Source: Chiloscyllium plagiosum
Taxonomy: Eukaryota
DNA length: 38,865 nt
Assembly (NCBI RefSeq): GCF_004010195.1
Contig: NC_057719.1
Location: 77,536,743 to 77,575,607, forward strand
Direction of reading: 5' to 3'
Below the pieces are notes generated by a model, which saw nothing but the letters and a program-made list of their open reading frames with translations, did not search any database and was not told the origin of the DNA. Below are positions 20,193 to 32,048 of this stretch, piece by piece; the first letter of the stretch is position 1; every line of letters starts with the position of its first letter. Both the position numbers and the translations under genes were made by a program.

Positions 20193-22058
20193 TTGTTCAT
20201 GGTGATCCATTCCTAATTGCCCTTGAGAAGTTGGTGGTGAGCTGCCTTCTTGAACCACTTCAGACTGTGTGATGTAGGTGCACACAAAGTGCTCTAGGGG
20301 AGTGGGTGTGTTCCAGTATTTTGACTCAGTGATAATGAAGCAATATCTCCAAATCAGGATAGTCTGTCACAGGAAGGTGAACTTGCAAATGGTGCTCTTC
20401 ACATGCAACAGTTACTCTTGTTCTTCCATGTGGTTAAAACTAACAGTTTTGAAAGGGTCTATCGAAGAAGCCCTGAAAAATTATTGCAAACACTTCAGCC
20501 TTTTCTTTTGTACGGAGGTCATGGAGTCCATCATTGTTAAGAATCCAGATATGCTGGGAGGCTCCTCCTCTGATTAATTGTTTCATTGTCCATCAAACAT
20601 TCTTGATTGAATGTGGAAGACTGCTGATGCTGGATTTAATTAATTGAATGTGGACCAGCTTGCTCTGTGGCCTTTTCCTTTTCAGTTTTAGAACCTACTT
20701 GTAGCCCTTTGTTATGCTGTCATCACGAAACAAGGATTGGTTCACTGACTTGTTGATAATGTTTGAGTGATGGATTGGTTGAGCTATGAGAGTTGTGATT
20801 GTGAACACAGTGACTGGAACCAAATGAATCTCATTGACTATGAGATCCTTGACTGGGGTCGTTAACCTGGGTCAATTAGAGAGCCCTGGCCGACAGATAT
20901 AAATAGGGGATTCAGAGTCTTCTCACTTCAGGAACTCACTCTGAGCTGGTTGGTCACATGTAAATAAAGGCCGAGTGGGTGACACGGTACTGGCATCTGT
21001 GCAGTTATTCCACTGAACGAAGAGAATTCTGCTGCTGCAGTTGAAGGTCCCCAACCCATCATGGATACCCAGTTATGAGTTCCTAGATCTGTCCTGGATC
21101 TATCTCATTTAGGGAAATGGTAGTGTAATGCAAAGATTAAAGGGTGCCCAAAATTCATGTGACAATCAGTTTTACCTACATTGTCATGGATAGATACAAC
21201 TGTGAGGTCAATATGTTTTTCCCTTCATGTTAATTGTTTCACTACCTGCCAGTAACCTAGTCTGGCCGAAATATCCTTCAGAACACAGCAACTTCAGTTA
21301 GTAGTGGTGCTACCAAGCCAAAGTTGGTGATGGACAAATTGCACACATTAACAGTGTATTCTGTGTCCATGTTAACTTTAGTATTTCTTATAAATAATAT
21401 TCAACATTGAGGAGTACAAACCTGTTAGCCAATGAAGAAGGCAGAAAGTAGTAATCAATAGATTGTGCAATTGCTCTCGTCAGACCTGATGCCAAGAGCC
21501 TTCATCTAGTCCAGTGTCAATGTTGCGGACTTGCTAGGCCTTTCCCAGCTGATGTTCTCCTGCCATCTGTATGAGGTGCATATGTGAGTGTGACTACATC
21601 AGACCAATTTGTGGCCAACATTCCCAGCTTTGGGACAAGTGTTAGTGAGGAGGACTTTGCAAGGTTGTCTGAGCAAGATGTGCCTTTGTCATTCCTGATG
21701 CATGGGTTGACCCTGTTATATTTTTATTAGGTTTTGATACAACTGAGTGGTTTGCTAGGCCATTTTAGAAGGCAACTAAGCATCAGCCATGGTGCTGTGA
21801 ATCTGGAGATACATGTAGGTCAGAATGGATAAGAAAGTCAGATTCTCTTCTCTGAAAGGTATTACTGAAGCAGATGTGTTTTTTTAATAATCAGGTAGTT
21901 TCATGGTCACTGCTTATGATATTATCTTTTTATGATGGTTATATTCTAATTAACTTAAATTCCTCAGCTTCTATGACAGGATTTGAATTTTTGTCTCCAG
22001 ATCATTAATCTCGACCTCTGGATTACTATTCCAGTGAATAACTGCTGTGACACCATCC
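20193..22058 (-). mobile_element. SINE-headed CR1/L2-group LINE, copy A (internally deleted, decayed)
   Basis: Minus-strand order: tRNA-like head (about 21975-22058), SINE body ending AAATGGCCTAGCAAACCACTCAGTTG, APE endonuclease remnants (PCKVLLTN, LVPKLG, NIDTGLDEGSWHQV, VHHQLWLGSTTT, VLKDISARLGYWQVVKQLT), then the CTCAAGGGCAATTAGGAATGG tail at about 20205-20228. Confidence 0.8.
20806..21012 (+). mobile_element. Short solo LTR (family 1) nested in LINE copy A
   Basis: TATAAATA, then AATAAA, ending GTTATTCCA. Homologous to 26712-26946 and 31044-31239; candidate 5-bp TSD GTGAA/CTGAA. Confidence 0.75.
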
Positions 22059-22729
22059 TAACAAGTGAAGATCAGTGATGATTCCACTTCCCTTTTCAGT
22101 TAGATAGGTGTCAAAGTGAGCTATGTATTGCATTGCCTGGTGTCTGCCTTTTTCATAGCTGGAAATTCTGGCATGAGAGGTTAGAGGGTAAGGAGTTCTT
22201 CTGTCCCTCTAAAGCCTAGTAGCAACCCCCACAGCCCCCCAAGTGGATGGACCATTCAACAATGCTGCCATTCTTCAGGAAAACTGGCTATTTCTCTATC
22301 AGGAACTCTTGGACCAACAAGTCCTCTGCAGAGGCTCTATCCCCCTGACACTTTGAGGAAAGGGTAGATATAATTCTGTCCTGCAATAGAACAAATTAGA
22401 AACTCCTCGAAAAAGAGCTATAGCAGCACAGTAGTGGCTACTCCAAAAAATCTCACCTGCATATTTAAATTATCTAATAAATGATCTATCAACATCAAAC
22501 TTCATCTGCTTTGAGTACATTTGTAGTTCCTGACAGCACCGACCACATCACTACTCATTAACCAAGAAGAAAATTATGTTTAAATATCATCTTTGATCTT
22601 GATTGATAGACAGTTTTATGTCCAGACCCCCTGAGAGCTGAGAAATACATCAAGGATTTGGAAAAATGGGTTAACGTGTTTATATAGTAGGTTAATCATT
22701 TCATAAATGCTGTTTCTTAAACTCTGCAT

Positions 22730-23960
22730 GAGGAGGTGATGACCTCATGGTGTTGTTGCTGGACCATTTTTCCAGAGACCCGTGATATGATCTGGGTACA
22801 AGTCACACTGTGGCAGGTTGTGGAATTTGAATTCAATAAAATAAATCTGGAATTAAAAGTCTAATGATGACCATGAGACTACAGTGATTGTTCCAAAAAT
22901 CCATCTGGTTCATTCATGCTCTTCAGAGAACGGAACTGCTATCCTTGCATGAGCTTGCTTACATGTGACTCCAGATCCACAGCAATGTGATTTACTCTTA
23001 ACTATTATCTGAAATAGCTTAGTAAGGTGTTTAGTTGTTTTAAAACAAAGATTAAAACTGGACAGACTGGGCATTGGGACTAAGGCACCGATAATAGCAA
23101 ACATGGTTCCGTCAACCTTCTATCCTAATGTCTGTGGCCTAGTGCCTAATTTGGGAGAGGTCTATGGTTAAGCAACGGCCTGACATAGTCACAGAATTGT
23201 ACCTTGCAAACAATATCCCAGATGCAGCACTATATATCCCTGGCTATGTCCTGTCTCATTGGCAAGACATGGAATCCTACTAAAACTGAAATCAATGGGA
23301 ATCATGGGTTAACTTTGCTGTTGAAGTCATGCTCAGTTGAAAGTCACTTAAACTCCAAGACATCTCTGCAAGCGTGCCTCAAGGTAGATATTTTCTAATC
23401 AATCTGTTCAAAGGTATTATTACACAACTCTGCAGCCTCCTGATTCAGCGGTAAAGACACTACCATAGTGCCACAAGAGCTTGTATTCCTCAGGTAATGT
23501 CTTAGGCCCAGTCATCTTCAGCTATTTCATCAATTATCTTCCCTCCATTGTAAAGTTAGAAATTAGGATGTTCATCAATGTTCAGACCAACACAAATTCC
23601 ATCCACCATTGATAATCCGTAGCAGCAGTATGAACTATCTACAAGATGCATTGCAAAGATTTGCCAAAGATCCTCAGGTAGCATCTTCCAAACCTGCAAA
23701 CAATTCCATTTAGAAGGACAAGGACTACGGATACTTGGGAATGCCACCACCTGAAAGTTCCTCTCCAAGCCAATTAACGTTTCTGATTTGGAAATTTATC
23801 ACTTATTCTTCAAAAGGCTTTGAACTCTCTCCCAATAGCATTCTGTGTTCAATGAATTACAGCAGGTTTAAGAAGGCAACTACTCAAGGGCAACTACTCA
23901 AGGGCAATTAGGGATGGGCAATAAATGTTGGCCCAGCCAGCAATGTCCATATCCTAAGAT
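22730..23960 (+). mobile_element. SINE-headed CR1/L2-group LINE, copy B (internally deleted, decayed)
   Basis: tRNA-like head 22730-22820 and SINE body to 23028. Endonuclease start NVCGLVPNLGE / VKQRPDIVTELYLANNIPDAALYIPGYVLSHWQD at 23127-23268; RT piece DISASVPQG | VLGPVIFSYFINYLPS; 3' tail CAAGGGCAATTAGGGATGGGCAATAAATGTTGGCC. Confidence 0.85.
23388..23480 (-). mobile_element. Very short tRNA-derived SINE inserted in the RT PQG motif of copy B
   Basis: The minus strand reads GCTCTTGTGGCACTATGGTAGTGTC (A-box-like) ...GAACAGATTGATTAGAAAATAT. It has imperfect flanking duplication CCTCAAGGTAG / CCTCAGGTAA and no B-box. Confidence 0.65.
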
Positions 23961-25514
23961 AACTGTTGTGAAACAAAACATATTCGCATGTAATGACTCT
24001 GAGCAATAAGAATTTTGTAATGCTTTGCCATTTTGGATTCAAGGTATTGATGAAATGTAAGTCATGCATTTCTGACTTATGTATACATTTATTTATTGCA
24101 ATAAATAATATTTTATTGATTACCTCAAGACCAATGGCCTGCATTTGTGATTTTTTTCCAGTTGAAGCAAAGGAAATTACAATTAGCCTCATCTCTACTG
24201 TTCAAGATATAATCAAAGAAGGTGTAAACTTTAATCCTCCAGTCCATTAATCCATTCACTCTCTGCATGAGATAGAGGTTGCACAGCATAGCAGATGTGT
24301 CCTTGCATTTGAATCCTGCCTTAATGATCTGAGCACGCATTAAAATTGCAGAATAAACAATACTTGAAAATAATCTATTCAGCAGATTCCAATGGGTTAA
24401 ATAGAGCTTAATGACTGCAGTGAACTTTGACAATTTGCTGAGGTAAAGGCAACCTTCCCCAGACTTTAAGGACTCAAAGATGATAAAAAAAGGTAGAGTG
24501 TAAAATTTTTTCATTGAGTTGGATTTATTAGTGGCCAGCATATTTTTTCTATATTGATGGAATTCTGAAATTTTCGCAGAGGGTTTGAGGATTACATTCT
24601 GTTCCTATCTGTTTACAAGCAGGCCCCCTGGTTTATAATTACTGAATAAGTAAAATTCCACTGTAATACCATGGGATTACAAAACTCTCCTGGAATTGTG
24701 ACATTGACTTGGAGATTGCATTCCACAATCCATGTATTTTTCCATGAAAACCACAATCAGTGGTCCTGAAAATATGAAAAACAATGAATTGCATTTTCCC
24801 CATTCAGTGAGTGGTTATGTAGAACACTTCCATCTGGCACAGAGAGGGGGATTTTAGTTTCTTGGCCTGCTTTGCACAGAAAACCTGTTCCAAAGCGGAA
24901 GGGATAGTATTTCAGCAGACTGCACCACCCAGTCCCTGAAGAATTAGACAGATGGTACATCTGCCCGTTCCTGCATTGTGTCAAAGATGAGCAAGCAATT
25001 TTCAGTTAACATTATTTTTGGAAAGCTATTTATTATTTTTGGGACACGAGTGTTCCTGAAGTATCTTATATCATTCAGTAACAGCTATAGCTTGTTGGTC
25101 TCTGACATTAAAGGTGGCATTTCCATCAAAACCAATTTAATCAACTCTATTCACTTTGGGGGGAGATCTGCATTGTGTGGTGGATGTGTAGGTGATTAGG
25201 AAGAGGGAGAATAGCTCTACGTCCTTTATTTCATAATATACTTGTGATCTGATTTTAGTAGAAATTGATCTATGACTTCCTGCATTTATGAAAACGGATA
25301 GGGTTACTTTCTAAAATACCATTTTAACGAAACAAAGACACTTTGATTCTGGTCAATCAAGGATTCTAAAAATTCTAGTTTTATCTTATCACTTCTACTA
25401 TTTTTTAAAATTATACCAATCCATTGCACAATGGAATTTGTTCACAAATTATTCTATTTTACCCAGATTTATATTGATGACACAGAATCATAGAGATCTA
25501 AAACACCAAAAATA

Positions 25515-26234
25515 ATGGAGTTTAGATAAATGTGAGGTGCTGCATTTTGGGAAAGCAAATCTTAGCAGAACTTATACACTTAGTGGCAAGGTCCTAGGGA
25601 GTCTGAACAAAGAGACCTTGGAGTGCAGGTTGATAGCTCCTTGAAAGTGGAGTCACAGGTAGATAAGATAGTGAAGAAGATATTTGGTGTGCTTTCCTTT
25701 ATTGGTAAGAGTACTGAATACAAGACTTGGGAGGTCATGTTGAGGATGTGCAGGACGTTGATTAGGCAAGTGTTGGAAAATTGTGTTCAATTCTGGTCTC
25801 CTTCCTATCGGAAAGATATTGTGAAACTTGAAAGGGTTCAGAAAGGGGTGACCTTATAGAGCTTTATAAAATCATGAGGGGCATGGATAGGTTAAATAGA
25901 CAAAATCTTTATCCATGGGTGGGAGAAGGCAAGAACTAGAGGGCATAGGTTTAGGGTGAGAGGGGAAAGATATAAAAGACACCTAAGGGGCAACTTTTTC
26001 ATGCAGAGGTTGGTGCGTGTATGGAATGAGCTGCCAGAGGAAGTGGAGGAGGCTGGTACAATTGCAACATTTAAGAGGCAGTTGGATGGGTATATGAATA
26101 GGAAGGGTTTGGAGGGATATGGGCCGGGTGCTGGCAGGTGGGACTAGATTGGGTTGGGATATCTGGTTGGCCTGGTCAAGTTGGACTGAAGGGTCTGTTT
26201 CCATGCTGTACATCTTTATGATTCTATGACTCTA
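25515..26234 (+). mobile_element. HER1-type CR1 LINE 3' fragment
   Basis: Encodes ENCVQFWSPSYRKDIVKLERVQK and RGNFFMQRLVRVWNELPEEV; ATGATTCTATGACTCTA tail; about 94 nt are missing at about 25844 relative to the 9132 copy. Confidence 0.93.
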
Positions 26235-26711
26235 AGAGAAAGGCCCTTCAGCCCATCAAGTCTGTGCCAGTCAAAAACAACCATCAAACTATTGTAATCC
26301 CATTTTATAGCCTTGGCATTGCAACTGTACATCCAAATACTTCTTGAACATTATGAGGTTGCTGCCTGTACCATGCTTACAGGCAGTGAGTTCCACATTG
26401 CCACCACCCTCTAAGTGGAAAGGGTTTTCCTCACATCTCCTATTAAACCTTCTGCTCTTTACTGTAAATCTATGCCCCCGATTATTGATCGCTCTATTAA
26501 GGGATTTTTTTTCCTTGTCTACCAAATCTATACCCCTCATCATTTTTACATATCTCAATTGTATCCCCTCTTAATCTTCTCTGGTCTAAGATAAACAACA
26601 CCAATTTCTCCAACTTTCTTCATAACTAAAACCCTCCAACCCAGGCAACATGTTGCTACATCTCTTCTGCATCTTCTCCCTCCTATAATGTGGACTCTGA
26701 AAACTGCACAC

Positions 26712-26946
26712 TGTAGTGATTGTAATAAGGTCAGCCAGGAGACCTCATAGAATATGAATTTGCTGATTGGGTCTGTTAATCTGGTCCAATCAGGGAGCCC
26801 TGGCTGACAAACAAGAACAGGAGTTTCAGGCATCCTTTTCACTCTGAGAGTTGGCTCTGAGGGAGCTGGATCAGTGTCAAGGACTCTCCACTTGTAAATA
26901 AAGATAGACTTGGTGACAGAATACCAGCCTCTGTGGAGTTATTTCA
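26712..26946 (+). mobile_element. Short solo LTR (family 1)
   Basis: Termini TGTAGTGATT...GTTATTTCA (TG...CA) with CCAAT and AATAAA; homologous to two other copies in the window. TSD unclear. Confidence 0.8.
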
Positions 26947-27347
26947 TGTACAACACCGTGGTTGTGGCCTAACCAATGTTTAATACAGTTCCAGTGTGAC
27001 CTCCCTGCTCTTAAACTCTATGCCTCAGCTTATAAAAGCAAATATACTGATGCCTTTTTAATAACTTTATCCACCTATCCTAATACCATATGGGACCATT
27101 GTGCATGTGCACCAAGATTCTTCTGATCCTCAGTGTTTCCCAAGGTCCTACCATTCATCACACATTCCGTTGTCTTGACTGTCCTGCTCAAGTGCAACAC
27201 CTCACACTTATCCAGATCAATTTCCATTTGCTACTGATAAGCCCATCTGATGCACCCATCCACATTGTCCTGTAGTCTAAAGATATTTTCCTCATCATTT
27301 GCCACCCAACCAATTTCCATATTATCAGCAATTGTATCATTTGTGAT

Positions 27348-27890
27348 TGTGTGGAGCCACAGAAAATGGAGGAGATACTAAATGAATATTTTGCATTAGC
27401 ATTTACTGTGGAAGAGGATATGGAAGATATAGACTGTAGGGAAATAGATGGTGACATCTTGCAAAATGTCCATATTACAGAGGAGGAAGTGCTTTGATGT
27501 CTTGAAACGGTTAAAAGTTGATAAATCCACAGGACCTGATCAAGTGTACTCAAGAAATCTGTGGGAAGCTAGAGAAGTGATTGCTGGGGAGTCCAGAACT
27601 AGAGGGCATACATTTATGGTGAGAGAGGAAAGATATAAAAGAGACCTAAGGGGCAACTTTTTCACGCAGAGGGTGGTACGTGTATGAAATGAGCTGCCAG
27701 AGGAAGTGGTGGAGGCTGGTACAATTGCTGAAAAGAGGCATTTGGATGGGTATATGAATAGGAAGGGTTTGAAGGGATATGGGTCAGGTGCTGGCAGGTG
27801 GGACGAGATTGGGTTGGGATATCTGGTCGGCATGGACGGGTTGGACTGATGGGTCTGTTTCCATGCTGTACATCTCTATGACTCTATGAC
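27348..27890 (+). mobile_element. HER1-type CR1 LINE with the RT domain deleted
   Basis: The pre-RT region (EILNEYFALAFT, VDKSTGPDQVYSRNLWEAREVIAG) is fused at about 27587 to the C-terminal ESRTRGH..RGNFFTQRVVRV and a CTCTATGACTCTATGAC tail. Confidence 0.9.
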
Positions 27891-30339
27891 GAAGACACCA
27901 ATCTGCTAACGTGAGCTAAATAAATAGTACTGGGTCATAAAGATTGAATTCTGTCCACTCGGCTGAGATGAGACTTAAGTGGTGTAGATTTTTAACTTAA
28001 CTGACATTGTGAATCAATCATTCAGTATGTGAACAATCCAAGTTTCCATTCTATTGTTCAAGTTTTTGTTTCAGGTGAAGTAATGAAATCTACTTGCTTC
28101 AAATCAAAATTTCAATTTGGACTATTCTTTGTCAGTGATTGTTAAGTATAATAATACCAAGTCAGCCAGTGCAATGTTGTAAGTTCCTAATCAGGAACTC
28201 ACCCTGCTGCCAATTACTTCAGGCTGTGCTTTCCTGGGCAGACAAGTTTATGCATTGAATTTTACGATAGTAATACACAAAAGTCTTGAGTATGAAGTTA
28301 TTTATCCAGCACCTTATTATGTGCACGAACCCAGACTAACTCCTCTGGTGAGACCACTGCAGGCATACGTGAGCAGCAAAATATAAATGCAATTATATTT
28401 AGCAGTCAAATACTGGACAAGTCATTTTCGTCGACTCCAAATTTCCACTTGAGGATTTGCACTGCATTTACTCCAAAGGAAAATTAGTTGCTCCACAGAT
28501 AGAATTGTTTGAACCAGAATTTTGAGAGTCAGCTCATTGGATGTAGGAATAGATAGGGATGAAGGAGAGGAGCAAGAACCGAGTGCATCCTTGACTCCTT
28601 TAGAAAAAACTTCCACATCCTTCTGTCCAAAAGCTTTCATCTTTATTCTGTATCGCATGTATCTTCATTCTCACAAACCATTGCAAGTATCTATATCCAT
28701 TGTGGATGAGATAGTAATATCGACTGATGCATCCTATAACAGAGCTGAAGGAATGGGGAGTGCCTGAGGATTTTTCACCAACTCAGTGGAGACTGAGGAG
28801 AAGGCTGTCATAACTTTGAGATCTGATAGATGATTAAATGAAAGATGATTAAATCTCTCTGTTTGAGAGATACCGCACTTAGGTATATGTGCTGAGGTCA
28901 GTCATTCGGGTGATGCAACAACTGACAACTTTGACTCTTGAATCTGTAGCTCTCATGTGACAACATTAAGAATGTTTCCTTTTCATTGCAACTGGAATGT
29001 GTGGCATAGTTGTAGTTGCTTTGCTACACAACAAAAAAAATCTGGATTTGTTGCACTATCTGTGCTTTGTAGTCAGAAATATTTGCAGGAAAGTATTGTG
29101 ATGATCTTTATTCAGCGCAGTCATCAGTGACTGCTCCAAGTGGTATGAGAGGTAAACTATGCAAAACCCTAGACTGGAAGCAGCCAAGTACCAGTCAGTA
29201 CTTGCACTTCCATAGAAACGCACTTTGCATCTCTGGTATCAACCTGTCTGATACTATCTTCTTTCAGGATAACAGAGTATGCTGGAACACTCTCTCAGAG
29301 AACCAAAATATTTAAATGTGAAAGTTGATAACAGGTTGACCAGAAACAAGTTCCTGAGATGCACTCTTCATTGGTGTCTTCCTGAGAGCCAGCTGCTGTA
29401 AGGAGAGGATTATTAAAGACCCAAATTCCTTCTGAAGAATGTGAGCAAAAAATACCTCTCACCCTACTAGTCCTCAGCTTGTGTCTAAGGGAAACATAAA
29501 AGCATATTAAAGAAAGGTATATGTGACCACCCAACAGAGGCTAAGTGCTAGGGAAAAGTCAGATGTTTCATGTTCACTCTTTCTTTTTAGTGCTAAAATA
29601 GAATGTTCACTTATGTCTTGGTTGTATATGAAAGAATATTGTGCTGTGTTATTTAGTCTCATGATGGTCATGTCAGGATAAGGAGGTCACTGTGTTGTCA
29701 TATTCTGTATTTGGGGGAATGGTCCTTTATTTCAATATGATGGAGTCCAAGTTGTAGTATTGCATTAAACAGGACAGCAAAGATTTCAGTGTCCAGTTTT
29801 ATTATGTTGCATCCCGGAATTACTGAGGAATCTGCTGACTGCAAATTATTGTGTTGCCTCCAAACAGTTGAAATTACAGAGCAGCTATGGCCACATATCC
29901 AGATTTTTTTATATGGGGAAGCTTTTCAGCATACAGCAGACTAAAATCTTTGAAATATGAAGTTACAGGTGACAGTGCTGAGATCTATGAACTTGAGGTG
30001 ATGGTTCCAGGGGATCAGCTTTGCCGTTGGTCATCAGAAAAGGAAATGAATCCTCCCAATCACTCTTCTCAAAATATCTTCATGTTCTCTTTATCAGGCA
30101 TCTTTTGTTCTACGTTGTGTTATATCCAACAGATAGACAATGGGACCAAGTAATGGACATTTGATGCAAACCCAATTTCTAATATCATGTCTATTTTCTT
30201 GTGGAAGCATGCTTTTTTTTTACCTTGTCACTTTATAATTTCTTTAGTTTTTCATCTGACATTTTCTTTCAAAATTGATGGTGGCTTAAGAATGGTCAGT
30301 GGTATGTAAAAGTCAACTTTTCAATGGAGCAATCTATTG

Positions 30340-32030
30340 TTGCTCATGAGACTACTTCGTAGGAATGTTATTTCATCTTAATTACTCTCAAATATGCCTG
30401 TTGAGCAAGATGATTGCTCACATTGTGTGCATAATACAGTCACCATGAAACAATATGAATGCATTACATATTCTGTAGAATGAGGCCTTTTCTGCCATTC
30501 TTTCATGAGGCCCTTTCAGTTTATAGGTCCTGGCTTTCTGCAGTACACTGTCTGTCACCAAGTCTACCTTCCCTCCTCTTGTGGTTTCCAATGAAATCAC
30601 CACTTCAATCCCATAGTCTTCAAAGTCATTTCAATATTGTTAATGCTGTCTGCATGAGTAGAGTGGTTAAAGATGCAAGCCACTTGATTGCATGAACTCA
30701 CGAACTGGTGATAACAATCTGACCGTCTGTAGATATGCAGAGGTCAATAACCAGATCTGACATGATCAACACCATTGTCAGCATTTAGTGGTCAGTGTGA
30801 TGAGTCAACTTCCCGCAATATGTCAATGTTTATGAATGTAGAAGCAGGCTAGTATTTCCTGTTCTCCAGTGGCATATTTGCTCTCCAGTGTGACATGTAA
30901 ATGTGTCCATTTGTTTTTTTCAATGTAAAGTGCGAGCACAGCTCCAATAAAATTTCCCAATGCATCCCTCGTGATAGACCTTTCTTTATCATGGTTGAAA
31001 TGCACAAGGACTGACAAAGATATCATGTTCAGTTTTTCCTATCCATAGTGATTAGAACCATGGCTAGGTGAATTGACTATGAGATCCCTGATTGGGCCAA
31101 TCCGGGAACCCTGGCTGAAAGATATAAACAGTACTGTCAGAGAGTTTCCTCATTCTGGTTGGTCAGAGCCCATGTGAAGTGTACATGTAAATAAAGGGTG
31201 ACTTTGTGATGGGCTACCAACCTCTGTGCAGTGATTTCATTGTCAAATGCTGTTTACTGTGAAATTGTCCATTCCTATGGTGCAGCTTTACTCAGCAACT
31301 TTTGAAGCAATTCTATGATCTCTGCAAACTTGGGAGAAATTTGTGATAAAAGCTGATCGAACAAGAACGTACCATTTCTTTTGTGATATTGCCGATTTGG
31401 AAGGATATGATTGACTTTGGTGTTGTTATGTATAGGTTTGACTCCAACTATAGTCATGATGTACTCTTGGAAGTCAATCTCAAATACTGTAAATGTGCAT
31501 TTGTTCTTGTTGAGCATCAAACTATATGTTGTGTGAGTTGAGTGAGCACTGGTGATAACCAATGATTATGTTCTGCTTTGTCTCCTCCATGCACGATGAC
31601 ATTGTTGAGCAGATTGAACATCCCCACAATGGCTGACAAGGCTGATGAAATGAACTTCTGAAAGGTGTTAATGTTGACCTTTATCCATGCAGCATTCTGT
31701 GGAACTGAAACACACCTTAATGAGCAAGGAGACTAACATAATTGGTGTTGCTCAACTTGTGTCTGGAGATAGCTCTGTTGCATGCTGACCTTTGTGAAGA
31801 CTATGGGAGTCATGAAATGATGCTGATAGCTCTTGGATCATAGGAAATGGATACATGTTTGGAACAATGTTACAGTGGCGGCCTTAAGGTCGATGCCTAG
31901 TCTAAGTTATCTTACATTGCACAATAACAAGGCTATATATCCATGGAGATAATTTTACAGTTTCAGCTGCTGTGACAGTTCAGCATGGATTCAAATTTTG
32001 AGAAACTGGTAAAATTAATATGTCAATGCA
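30340..32030 (-). pseudogene. Decayed Ty3/Gypsy pol remnant (RT, RNase H, start of integrase region)
   Basis: Minus-strand motifs in Gypsy order: SPWI, YPFPMIQELS, GVFQFHRM, FQKFISSALSAIVGMFNLLNNVIVHG (degenerate xLDD), LNKNKCTF..EIDF, PKFAEIIELLQKLLSK, RNase H TRDA..IGAVL / KYATGEQEILAC, then TDSVLQK..FY..DCI. Confidence 0.85.
31044..31239 (+). mobile_element. Short solo LTR (family 1) inserted antisense between Gypsy RT and RNase H
   Basis: TAGTGATT start, CCAAT, GATATAAA, AATAAA, GATTTCA end; homologous to the 20806 and 26712 copies. Confidence 0.75.
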
Positions 32031-32048
32031 TTGCTTCTAGAACCTATT

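Larger units (their letters stand above)
25484..27330 (-). mobile_element. Older CR1-clade LINE 3' part, interrupted by a HER1 copy and a solo LTR
   Basis: The tail AGAATCATAGAGATCTA at 25485 resumes as AGAGAAAGGCCCTTCAGCCCATC at 26236. The minus strand encodes YVKMMRGIDLVDKEK..NNRGHRFTVKSRRF and WKLIWISVRCCT. Confidence 0.8.

Noticed and set aside
22730..22820. Genuine tRNA gene
   Set aside because: The A/B boxes are degenerate, there is no intact cloverleaf, and the sequence is continuous with a retroelement body.
22870..23028. Calling the SINE body a Deu-domain (SacSINE1/AmnSINE1)
   Set aside because: The Deu-domain text I recall (CTTTCGGATGAGAC...AAAGATCCCATGGCAC) is absent, so the body is left unnamed.
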